Below are positions 53,191-64,000 of a DNA stretch of 64,000 nt, one piece after another. The position numbers were made by a program, and so were the translations under genes. How positions within the stretch are numbered: position 1 is the stretch's first letter; the number at the start of each line of letters is the position of its first letter. The notes under the pieces are model-generated. The model was not told where the DNA came from and ran no database searches. It saw only the letters and a program-made list of their open reading frames with translations. The stretch covers positions 25,422,001 to 25,486,000 of the forward strand of contig NC_045696.1 of assembly GCF_009834535.1 (NCBI RefSeq), in the 5' to 3' direction. This DNA comes from Camelus ferus. Its lineage: Eukaryota.

Positions 53191-55141
53191 TTTTAATAAT
53201 AAATAAAATGCATATGTATCAAGCATATATCTGTTCCCCCCTCCACGTGCTAGTACACTTAGAAAACAAAGGGAGTTTGTCTCATTTCTATGCATGGGTC
53301 TGTATAAACCCCACAGATGTCTACTCATCCAGTTCTCACTTCTGTCACTCAGAGGTCCATGAAGGCTTTACTTTGCTTCTGTCCATCACGTGGAATTCCA
53401 AAATTAATCACTCACTTGACCTTGTTGGAGCACTGATGTTTAGAAGGCCACAACAAGCTGTTACTGATCCTTCCCTCAGTTTCCCTCCAACATAAGGCTT
53501 TGTGTGGTCGACGTTCTTTACTGAACAGTCGGAGAAAATTTGGTACAGAAGAAACAACACTTAAATCTGAATGCTAAAATGGATGGTTCCTAGAGTCCAA
53601 AGAAAATGGGAGGGGCAAAAAAAACAACAACCAAAACTAGCCTTCATAAAAGCCCCCTTACTAACACCCTATAGTCCTAAATGTATCTTTTCTATCCCAA
53701 TGTCCAACCTTCTACCCTTTCATCATCTGGAGAAAACAGTCCACTTCCTACCCACAGGGATCTATCCCTGAATCTCAGAGTACCTTTCTCAAATTTTAAA
53801 TGATTCATTTTCTACAATCATCATGGAGAAGCCAGCAGCTGCAGGCTGTGGACATCCCAATCAGCCTTCTTTGAAACTTCTTCCCAGTTTGTTAAATAAA
53901 TACATACCTTGTTCATTCTTCCTACAGCCGTCTTCTTTTGCATAACTATTGGACCAAAAGCTGAATGAAGTTAGTAAATATATCTGTGTGCACACACACA
54001 TGCAATTCAATGCCCATTTCAAAGAGTATATTTCATACTATATTGATGAAGAGAGACAATTTCCTAAAATCAACATCATGTCCAAAAATCCCCTCCTTGG
54101 ATTCACAATGAAAACACAAAGAATTTCACATTATTTTGAAAACTATGAATTCTCTTTTGTTTACTACAGCTTCTGGTCTAATCCAGGTGTCTACTGATAT
54201 ACAAATAAATAAGAACTATTAATGAACTTTATAAAAAATAGAGACACAATGTTCTTATCAAAGAACAGAGACAAACTTACCTGCTCAAAGACCTAATGGT
54301 TTCCAAACTGAGGGTTTGGTTTGGTTTGGCTTTCCTTTATTCCAGAAAAAAGAGTCAAATATCCATACAATGGGAAAAAAAATTTTTTTTAGAACCAGAG
54401 GGTGAGAAAACAGTTAAAAAATAGTTAATTTTGCAGAAAAATATGGAAGACATCATATGGCTATGTACGGACAGCTGTGAGGTGATTCCTGAAGTGTCTA
54501 ATTACCCGGGAGCCAATGGGGAGGGACCCTGTAAACACAAGGTCAGCACTGAGGTCCCTGCTTTCCTGTAAAGTGTAAATTCCTTCGAGCAGCGGGAGAT
54601 GGGGGACCACATTAGTTATGCTCTTCGCAAAGGCAGTCACACTAGTTTTCTGTGAGTAAGTGACGGCTCTGGGCATGATTCAAAAATCAATGAGATGAAA
54701 GGCAATTTTTATTTTGTTAAAGTCATTTCTGGAAGATAAAGTGGAAGGTTGGACATTTTCATATGGTGATTACATGGTTCAAAATTTTCTGTTACCTTTC
54801 TTCTTAATTTTCAACAAGGAGAGAATAAAAACGGTGTGATACTTGTAGTAAAATGGTCGCTATCCATGATAGCTTTCCTTAAAAGAAATGCTGCTCTTTC
54901 GGAGGCATGAATCATCCCCTGACTTGTCCTATAAACCCGGCGTCCAGCCTGTGTCATAACTCCAGCAGGCCTGGCTGGACACCGGAGGGAGACACCAGGA
55001 CACTGGAGCATATTCATCATGAGACTCATAACTTATCCTGCAAAACATCAGGATGGCTGGAAATGAGTATAAAAATGAAAGCTATTATTGCACCTATTGG
55101 TAAATTTTTCACTCTACTTTGTGTTTCAGAAGTATTTAGTT

Positions 55142-55286
55142 GGGGGAAGGGTAGAACTCGAGTAGTGGGGCACATGCTTAGCATGCATGAGGTCGTGGGT
55201 TCAGCCTTCAGTACTTCCTCTAAGAATAAGTAAATGAACCTAATTACTTCCCCCTACCAAAAATTTTTAAAAATTTATTAAGAAAA
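55142..55286 (+). mobile_element. tRNA-derived SINE, vic-1-like (camelid)
   Basis: tRNA-like head ggggaagggtag...catgcttagcatgcatgaggtcgtgggttcagccttcagtacttcc, aacctaattacttcccc body, AT tail; 12-bp TSD AAGTATTTAGTT (55130-55141 / 55287-55298). Confidence 0.85.
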
Positions 55287-55644
55287 AAGTATTTAGTTTT
55301 TTTTTTTTGTCTTAAACTATATCATATCAATTTAAATGTAAGGTTTTTTTGGAACGATACGTGTGAACTATTTCTCTTAAAGATCTTAAAAATGTGTGAG
55401 GGATTGTTTATTTTGTATTACATTTTAGAGCAATATGGTTACTGTTAGATTGTCTTTTAAAAAAAGAATGAAGGACTCTGCTACATATAATAATTGAACT
55501 GAAATATTCCAATACTGATAAATTTAAGAGATCATATTATCCCAATCTGCTGTTGTGGAAAGCGAAGGAGATGTGAAGAATCAAAGTCAGAGAGGATGTA
55601 ATACCAAGGAGTTTACAAATGCCGTGCTAAATTTCTTCCAAGAG

Positions 55645-55845
55645 CTTTCACTCATTAATTCTTCCATTCAACAGGTAGTATTAAGTGTCCTGTGCGTGCC
55701 AGACACTGTTCTTGGCACATGGGATCATAGTGAAAAAATAGCCGAAAGGCTAACACTGACAGTCTTTTCATTTTAATTCAAGTCACTCAGCTGATAAGAA
55801 ACAGCCAGAACTTGAACCCAGGTCTGTCCAGAATTCAGGGCCCAT
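55645..55845 (-). mobile_element. L2 3' end followed by a MIR fragment
   Basis: cattcaacaggtagtattaagtgtcctgtgcgtgccagacactgttct; agtcactcagctgataag...gccagaacttgaacccaggtctgtc. Confidence 0.75.
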
Positions 55846-58312
55846 ATATTACGTTTTTCTTTATCCTAAACAATATTTCCTCTTAATGAATGGAAAACTT
55901 TTAATTATAAAGGCTCAAGTCTCTGAATTAACTATTGGGCTATAACTTTTCTAATATTTTATGTGAACAGGGCACAGAAGAGCAATGCAGAGACATGTAG
56001 GCTCAGGGGGGTGTAAGTGGCTTACGCCCACCACATTGACCCCCAGCTTTTCTACACTATAATTTTCACAAAGATGGAAATGGCTTCTGAACAATGTACA
56101 CTTCTTTGACTTATTGTGGCTTTTACCTTTCATAACTCCAAGGAGAAGCTGTTATTTTTATCATTTGTAGAAGAAACTTAAAAGAAACTTCAACTCTTGT
56201 GGAATTAATTAGAAAGGTAGTCTTCAAAACGACTCATTTGCCACTGAGAAACCCATTTAAAACACACTGTCATGGTCTTCAATATAAGTGAAAATAAGTA
56301 TGGGAACATTTATAATAATAAATACAGTTTCTCAAAAGCATATATTAACACAGTGATAATTTTAAAATGTTCATGACATCAATTATGTTTTGTCATGATG
56401 AAATATATAATACATCAGGCTTTATTAGGACAATGCAGAGAGACAGCCCAAAATCATGAAGGTGGAAGTGAAGATGATTTTCTTCTGCCTTAATAGTTTT
56501 AATTGCAGGATACAATATAATACAGCTGCTCCTCTCTTCAAAGTTCCATTTCATTGTCTGTGAGCTGTCACACCATGCCTGCTGCTTGACTGTTGTATCA
56601 CCCAATTCTGTTCCATCTGAACAAATTTATGGCAATATGTGCTGAATGTGCCCTTTTTTTGCTCTAAAATCTAAATTCCCAGTGAACGACTGAATGAGGA
56701 ATATTTTTAATTTTTTGGTGTAAACTTGTTTACCATGACAAGTGTGATAAGTGCTCTACCTGCATAAGTAAAATAAAAGCTAATGTGTGGAGTTGATATT
56801 TTACTTAGGAAAAAACTGGGGATATGCTTTATATATTTCACAAAATAGAAGTGTTGTGATGATTTGCACTAGATAGCAGATTCCATGTGCAGATAACTAC
56901 AAAGAAAAATAGACCCTTTATTTGAAAGGTATAAAGGACTTCTAAAAGATGACAACAAAATGAATTAAACCAACCACTAAAAAATGGCAAACTTCACCAG
57001 TAAAATATAGGTGATTGATTTCAATACATTCTCTAGCAGTTTCCTTAAAAGTTCTAGCTTTTAACCAATTCACTCAGCACACTGAGTTTCTGTTACTATC
57101 TTTTTTTGTATTCATAAACTTCATGAAAATCATCAATGTCAATACCTTGGAGTTAAGGTCAAATTTACTGTTTCCTGCAAAAAAAATGAATGATTATAAT
57201 TTGCCATGATGTGTAAACAGAGTAGTTCTTTTTCCATATCCAGAATGCTCTCTCTTTCTCCACTAATCTGACAAATGACAGTGATTTAAATTACGGGTAG
57301 ATCAGTAGGTAATGAAAACACGCATAGCATAAATAGTTTGCTTTACAATGCTGCACCACTGAGGACACTTTTAAACCATATGCAAAACAAAATTTGACAG
57401 TCTTTACAGTGTTCCCTATACAGTTGTGCTCTTGCACGAGTCCACGACTTCTGTGGCAGAAAATAAATGGGGGCTTGATAAGAGACATAAATAAGAATTA
57501 GTTTAGGATGTGAGAGACAAAATAAGAGGCAGAAAGCCATGGGCAGCCCCAAATGACTCTGAAGAGCTCTCAGACCCATCAGAACCATCCACTCTCATTT
57601 AAAAGTGACAGTTCTGGTAGACTGAAATTTGGGAGGCACAATTTATCACCACATGTGGTTATTCCTCCACTAAATGTTCATCAATAAGTTTAGGAAATAC
57701 TGTGTAAATTGGGGAAAGAGCTTGGTTAGTGCAGGCCTCGCTACAACATGGCTATTGATGGAAGCCATTTATTTAAGGGCAGCAGAAGCAGTATTGCTTC
57801 ACATTTCTTCATTAGCTTGAAGACGGGAAGCCACACATGGTTTTTGTGTTTGCAGCTGACACTGAGCTTTATCTTTGTATGTGGTAAATGGGCAGAGATG
57901 GGGGAAACAGGATAAATAATGATTCGGAAGTAGGGAAAGAGGAAATTGGAGACACGAATCATTTGGAAAAGAGTATGTAGAAAGAACTGATAATTCATTT
58001 TGATAAATGTAACGATCCTTTCTTAGATTACAACTAACAGCCTGAAACAATCTGATATTTAAATCAATTAATTAACAAAGCACAACTGGTGGTTTGATCC
58101 TTTAGCAAAATACAGCACATTATGAGTCAGATTTTCTGGAAGAACCAGGCAATCATCACCTGCTCTGTCCTCAGTGAGGTGCTGGAATTCCACGGCCCCA
58201 CTACCTACCAGCTTGTCAGTAATATGTCACTTATACAAGGCTCTTAGAGATAGCTCAGCGTTTTTCACTACGGAAGTTTCTGAATATCACATTTTAAAAT
58301 GTCATCAGTATG

Positions 58313-58776
58313 TGGTATGGATTGTACTGTGTCCTCCAAAAGGGTACGTTCAAGTTCTAACCCCTGATGCCTGTAAATGTGAAATTCTTTGGAAATAAGG
58401 TCTTTAAGGATATAATCAAGTTACAATGAAGTCATACTGGAATAGGGTGGACCTTAAATCCAAAATAACTGATGATTTCCTTATAAGAAAGAGGAGAAGA
58501 AACAGACACAGCAATGAGAACATCATGTGATGACAGAGACAGAAATTGGAGTTATGTCTCTGAGCCAAAGAATGCCAAAAGTTCCCGGAACCACTGGAAG
58601 CTAGATAAAGGCAAGGAAGAAAGAATCCTCCTCTAGAGCCTTCAGAAAAAGCAGGACTCTGCTAACCACTTGATTTCACATGTTGAGCCTCCAGAAGTGT
58701 AAGGGAATAAATTTCTGTAGTTTTAAGCCACTATGGTTGTGATATTTTGTCACATCAACCTTAGGAATCCATTACA
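58313..58776 (+). mobile_element. Full-length MaLR solo LTR (MLT1C-like)
   Basis: TG...CA termini, tttggaaataaggtcttt, ctctagagccttcaga, aataaatttctgtagttttaagcca; perfect 5-bp TSD GTATG (58308-58312 / 58777-58781). Confidence 0.93.
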
Positions 58777-59084
58777 GTATGTCATCCATAAAAAAAAGAT
58801 CAGAAAATGCAGTCTTCTGCCCAATGGATGTAAATGAATATTTACACTTTATATACCTGGACATTTGTAGGTAACCTGTGGGGGCTGTTACAATAAATTA
58901 CAGAAACAGAAATTTCATTTTGAAAAGCACTGATAGAGAAGGGGTAATAGACTGGATGGAGATACTGACTCGTGGGCGTGTGAGCACATCTACTCTTCAC
59001 AACTATGACTGTCATCTTGCTAAAACTTGAACTTTGCCAAAGGGTCTTGGCAGCCCTTGCTGACTTCCTTTTCCTTACCAAAGG

Positions 59085-59610
59085 GCAACTCTATTCTTCA
59101 ACATGGCACACAGGCCCTTCCCAGTCTGACTTATTTCTAATTTTCTAGTCTCATTGTGCTGTGCCCAAGTGGCCTCTATGTCCCAGCTGCACTACATCAC
59201 ATCATTCTTCAATACATCTTGTACTTACCTGCCTTTGATTCTTAATATGGGCTGTTTCTTCTGCCATTCAAAGATAAACCTAAATGCAGTTTTTCTTCAT
59301 GAAGCCTTCCTCAGTCCTCCTTATTGAATTTTTTTTCTATCACTATCCCCATCATACTTTGAAGCTCCATTAGGGCATTTAATAAAATGTTCTTAATTTA
59401 CAGTTATTTTATGCATTTTCTTACCCTAATTTTATCAGATAAGATGGTATTTATGGTATTATTTTACAAACCCCTAAATTAAAATATACTGGCTATCTGA
59501 GAACATGTTATTTGTTCTACAGAAAGCTTGAAAATTTGGAGCACACATTCTTGTTTGAGAAGGTTTGATCAGTGATTAATAAAAAAGTGAATGAATGAAT
59601 GATTGAATGA
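59085..59610 (+). mobile_element. Diverged L2 3' region
   Basis: catggcacacaggcccttc...cttcatgaagccttcctcagtcc...tgaatgaatgaatga tail. Confidence 0.65.
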
Positions 59611-60347
59611 GGAATTGATGTAAAACTGAATGTGTTGGTAATTTATGATGTGACCTAAAAATAAGGAATTGGATGATCTATTTTAATGTTTGGTAATATT
59701 AGTCAGAAACACTCTAAGAAAAGTCATGATATTAAGGTTTGCTAACTTTTTTGTAAGGAATATGAATTTCTAATTTGAGTCTTTGAGGTCACAGAAATAT
59801 TAATATTAATTTTTAACAAATAATTTAATAGTGTAGATTGTTTTCTTTGGACTAAATCTTAGATTATGTGTTTACATGAATTTTATTTAATAAATTTACA
59901 AATAATTATAAGTCAACATAAATAAAAATTGTATAAAGTGTGTAAGTAGACTTAAGTGTTTTACATTAGAAGAAATAATTATTTCATGGAAACAGAGTCC
60001 AGTTTTAAGTTCCTTGAAGATAATACATTTTAGATGTTTGGAAAATCTAAATACAAATAACACAATCCTTGTGAGTTTATTTGTAAAACTGGATAAGATT
60101 TTGTAAGTTTAAAATATTACCTAGCCACATAACTCTTGAAGCTGTACTGAAAATAAGCTTATATGAGTTCTTTATAAAAATTATTAGTGAAATAAATGTT
60201 ACTTGATGTTCAAAGAAGAGTCTAGTGTTTGGAGACAGAAAATGTTAAAGTTAATACTTGCAGGAACTGAGAGACAGAAGTTCCCTTTGCAGAGAATGTC
60301 TCATTTTATTAGAATGGAATCTTCTTTGCATCCAGCCATAAAGGAAC

Positions 60348-60585
60348 ATAATAGTAATAATAGCAACTAACACTTAAATAGTGTTTAATACAGCCAGGTA
60401 CTATTTTAAGTGTTTTGCATACATTAGTTTGTGTAATCCCTACAATTACCCTATGATATACTATTATTATCCAGTATTTTACAAAAGGAGAAACTGTTAC
60501 TTAGTATGTTTACTCACCAAGGTCATATACCTAGTATGTGGAAGAAACAGAATTCTAGTCTGGGTCTAGAATGTGTCACTTTATT
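60348..60585 (-). mobile_element. MIR SINE
   Basis: aatagcaactaacactta...gccaggtactattttaagtg...taatccctacaattaccctatga...ttttacaaaaggagaaactg...ccaaggtcata. Confidence 0.85.
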
Positions 60586-61029
60586 ATCCTTCTCCAGAGC
60601 CCTCCTTAGTGCTAGAAAGGAACCTCTCTAATCTTTCTCTTTAGGAGGAATTCAAAGTTGTGGCCACATACATGTTTCAATTCTTCAGTAGCATACAACA
60701 TTCCAGAAAGAACAATTTACAAACTGCTATGTAGTAGACACTCCCTGGGATGTATTTTTCTTCATGTATGTGTGTAGGTTTCACTTACCTAGAGTAAAGG
60801 ATGACATCAGAAATAGAAGTCATGGTAGAAAGCCCAAATTCCTACACGTTTAAAGTACTGTGTAGATTTCAGTTTATCAAAGGCACATATGCTTACACAC
60901 AAATTTGTCATTGTTAATTTTAGTTACCTCTGATTCTCTTAAAACCATGAACATATTATCCCGAAAATGATCATCTTTAATATCTGCCTAAATGCTCTAA
61001 TGTGGCAACGTATTATAAGGGAACTAATT

Positions 61030-61200
61030 AGAACTGAGTTCAAACCTGAATTCACCATTAATTACTTATACAAACGTCGGCAAGTTGCATTCCTTAACTG
61101 AGATTTCCTTATTTGTAAAGTAGAGAGCTTTATAACTATTTTGGAGCTGTTATATAGAGAAAAAGAAATTAAATACATAATACATTTCCTGAAACAATTT
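61030..61200 (+). mobile_element. MIR SINE
   Basis: ctgagttcaaacctg...ggcaagttgc...tttccttatttgtaaagt. Confidence 0.65.
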
Positions 61201-62100
61201 GGAGCTACTCAAAATTCTGTTTCTTTGTTTATTCCTTGCTCATTCCTGTGTCAATGAAAATTTGTCTGCTTTACTAATTTAAAAAAATTGTTAAAGAATT
61301 TCTTTTTAGAAACATCAGCTAGGTAGCTGAAACAGGTATATCTATGCTTTAGAAATATTCAAATAATCATTAATCTGTTTATTTTAGTGCAAATGCGATA
61401 ATCCTAGAGTGCCCTTAGGTTGATATATATTTTCCTTATGCAGCAAGTTGGTGAATCAAATCTATCCTTCCACTGCTCAAAAAACTTGATGGGAAATTGT
61501 TCTTCTAAACATTCTGGGAAGCTCAAATATTCTGATAACTTATTAGAAACTAAACATGTCAATACTTTTTTTTTGTTCTGAATTGTGTTGTTGACAGGAA
61601 CCTCTTTATGAATTCCTGCTAATTACATTGCTCTGATTTTACTAACTTAGTAAATTGGTGGCAGAGTTCTAACCCCGGTCACCTTGGTCTTGTTTGGATT
61701 CTTCACCCGTGGAGAAAAATGACCCTTTTCTAATAGAATGGGTATAAGGAGATGTGAATATAAACAAGCTGTAGTTTTCCTATTAAGGCCCATACTGAAG
61801 TCATATACAAAGTCCACATGGTGAATTGGGTTTTTGTTTTGTTTTATTTCTGTCTCTAATGAGATTGGTGTCAGAAAGTCACCTTTGTTAGCCTCAGGAG
61901 GAAAATTGCCTTTGTAGATTAAGGGTAGGTTTTCTCAAAAAAAGAGGAGGTGGACCAAAGTGATGTCTTCTTAGAACTCCTTGTGTTAGAACATCTGACT
62001 TTCAGTGATGGAGAGCTCTCTGGGAAATGAGATTCAATCATACTCTTCTGTTTCAAAGGTTTGCAGAAAAATTCTACCCACCCCTGACACAGTGGAGCCA

Positions 62101-62103
<3 letters not shown>

Positions 62104-62149
<46 letters not shown>
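62104..62149. repeat. Perfect (AG)23 microsatellite
   Basis: Read directly; explains the ERERER and SLSLSL ORFs. Confidence 0.97.
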
Positions 62150-62150
<1 letters not shown>

Positions 62151-62534
62151 CAGAGATTCAGTGGACACCAGACCTGGTTCTGGCTGCACTCCAACATGGC
62201 AGCTTGACTACAGATGATAACTGTTTATGGATCCTGAATAGATACTAATACGCAGTCTCGGCCCTCCCAGCAAAAGGACATCCTTGGCCAAACATTCACT
62301 GAGGAAAAAGCTCATCCTTATTCACTAGCAGATGGCAGCATGTTCATATAGCACCTGAAGGGAGAATTAAGAGCAGTGAGTGAAAAGCAGAAGAAACATG
62401 CGGACTAATATAGGAGGCAGCACTTCCCAACAACTGCCGCTCTCCAGCAGTGAAATGCACACTTCCTGAAGCTGTGAGCTCCCTCCCCATCACAAAAATA
62501 ATTCTAGCAAGGTCGAGGTAAATATCTGTCACAA

Positions 62535-62900
62535 ATACTTGTGTTTGAATTCCTTAAGTATTCAGTGCCTACTGTGTGTTAACCCTTATTCTAAATGCTA
62601 GGGTTACAGCCGTGAACAAAGCATGTCGTAAGGGAAATTTCTTATTCAAAACAAAGCTGGATCCTGGGAATTTTAGACTTATCCAACCAGATATGTGCAC
62701 ATTGTTTTTGCTCTCTGTTGTGTGTATTTACATGTAAAACCTAAGCTTCTTTGCTCCTTTACTTAACAACTGCTAAAAATACTTATTTCGTATCTTTTCT
62801 GTGTCAGACAGTGTGTTATGTGTTAGGAATACAGTGAATAAGAAACAAAGCTTTTCTTTAACATGCTTGAACTCTACAAAGAGTTAACAAATGAGTAGGT
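62535..62900 (-). mobile_element. Two L2 3'-end fragments
   Basis: agtgcctactgtgtg...gctagggttacagccgtgaacaa; tgtgtcagacagtgtgttatgtgttaggaatacagtgaataaga. Confidence 0.65.
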
Positions 62901-63789
62901 AACTGCTTTCTGTCAAACATTCATTCCTTTCTCTTTTGCAATGAACACAATTTGTTCCAACTGTCACTTATAGAAAAAGTAAAATGTCCTCAAAGGAACA
63001 CATGCAGTTTCTTGATTATTCATTTATGTCCAGTTTCCTCTCAGATTCATTTACAGGTTTTATATCGACCGTCGGTGTGCAGTACTGAGAGCCACAAGGC
63101 ATTGAAGAAAGTGAAAAGTCAAAAATACACAACGCTGTTCATGATGAAATGGTAGATGCAGGCACCTAACAGATGTCGGTTTATTTGGAGTTTGCCCTGC
63201 AATATGTTTGAAACTTTAACAAGATTACACACCTAAGCGTCAGAATTTTATTCTGTGCAATTTATATACAGTGAGAAATGGCTACTTAACAACGTTGATT
63301 GGAGTTAATGAATGTGTGCTTTGTGGTAGGAATAGATAACTGGGGACTCCATCAGCACACAGAGCCGTGAGGAGGCGGTCCTGTGTCTACCAGATGCCCC
63401 CAGTGTCCTTCTCCTCCCCCACCTCCGAGCCCACACCCATCATTGCTCAGATCAAAATGAATCCACCTAGGTGCAGAGAGTGAGCAGTCTCCCTTTTATG
63501 GCCTTCCCACGGCTTTCAGAAACACCCACAAAAATTGTATCAGTGAGTCTGAAGTTCAAAATGTGACCCAACACATATTCTCATCATATTCAGTTGCAGA
63601 TCTCCTTTCATTGTTGGAGAGCCAGTAACAATAAAGTGATATGATGTATTGTAAGATTTTTCTCAATGTGTCAGTAGACTGAGAACTTGGCTCTCATACC
63701 ACTTTAAAAATATACCAGCATTCTCTCCTGCACTATTCTTTCTTCTTTCATCTTCTCTCTCAACAATTTCTAGTGAATGAATCTCCAGA

Positions 63790-63905
63790 GAATCATAAAA
63801 ATCGTAGAAAATTATAACTTGGAAAGACCTGAGAGATCATATTTTCCATTCCCTTTATTTTAGGGATGGAACTGAGACTCAATTTTCTGCAATTTGACAA
63901 GTATT
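63790..63905 (-). mobile_element. MIR/MIR3 fragment
   Basis: agaatcata...ttggaaagacctgagagatcat...attttagggatggaactgagactca. Confidence 0.55.
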
Positions 63906-64000
63906 GGGACCTAAAAACAGTATTCATGAGAAATATAAATGTTGTTAGAAGGAGAGTTTCCCAGAGAGAATGATATTCTGGAATGGTCTGCAAGTGCCTG

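Larger units (their letters stand above)
51000..53290 (+). mobile_element. Long L2 (L2a-like) element fragmented by three later insertions
   Basis: catctcagtaaatggcaataccatt...tccagaatctgacccacttctcacc...cctgcctcagggcctt...ttccctgaccacc; L2-like sequence resumes at about 52421 and 53215. Confidence 0.8.

Noticed and set aside
54275..54283. Perfect minus-strand donor CAG|GTAAGT
   Set aside because: One consensus 9-mer is plausible by chance in 64 kb on two strands; no good matching acceptor
55142..55218. tRNA gene
   Set aside because: Decayed A box and cloverleaf, plus SINE body, tail and TSDs
61919..62248. ERERER and SLSLSL low-complexity ORFs
   Set aside because: Artefacts of the (AG)23 microsatellite
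63048..63155. Plus-strand exon candidate after catttacag with CpG cluster
   Set aside because: No good donor and no recognisable peptide
845..63993. The many 60-138 aa ORFs in the supplied track
   Set aside because: No recognisable domains apart from L1 ORF2 pieces; many use non-ATG starts or lie in repeats; lengths fit chance ORFs
1..64000. TE orientation bias to infer host-gene strand
   Set aside because: L1 and LTR copies occur in both orientations in similar numbers

Overview
AT-rich, CpG-depleted placental-mammal DNA that looks intronic or intergenic. It is most likely from a camelid, because 55142-55286 resembles the tRNA-derived vic-1 SINE and has intact target-site duplications (TSDs). 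I recognise no host protein-coding gene, structural RNA gene, CRISPR array or prokaryotic-type system. The only supplied ORFs with recognisable protein similarity are frameshifted LINE-1 ORF2 C-terminal pieces at 14.4-15.3 kb. The window is a mosaic of old L2, MIR, MaLR/ERVL solo LTRs, hAT MITEs and L1M fragments, plus microsatellites. Repeat names come from my memory of consensus sequences, so subfamily calls need Dfam/RepeatMasker confirmation. Best leads: (1) a minus-strand candidate start exon near 2617-2811 (Kozak ATG, 13 codons, phase-0 GTAAGT donor, upstream start-stop element in a hairpin); (2) a 5'-inverted (twin-primed) L1 with TSDs; (3) a TATA-adjacent GC-rich hairpin at 54.9 kb. 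I found no convincing new biological system.
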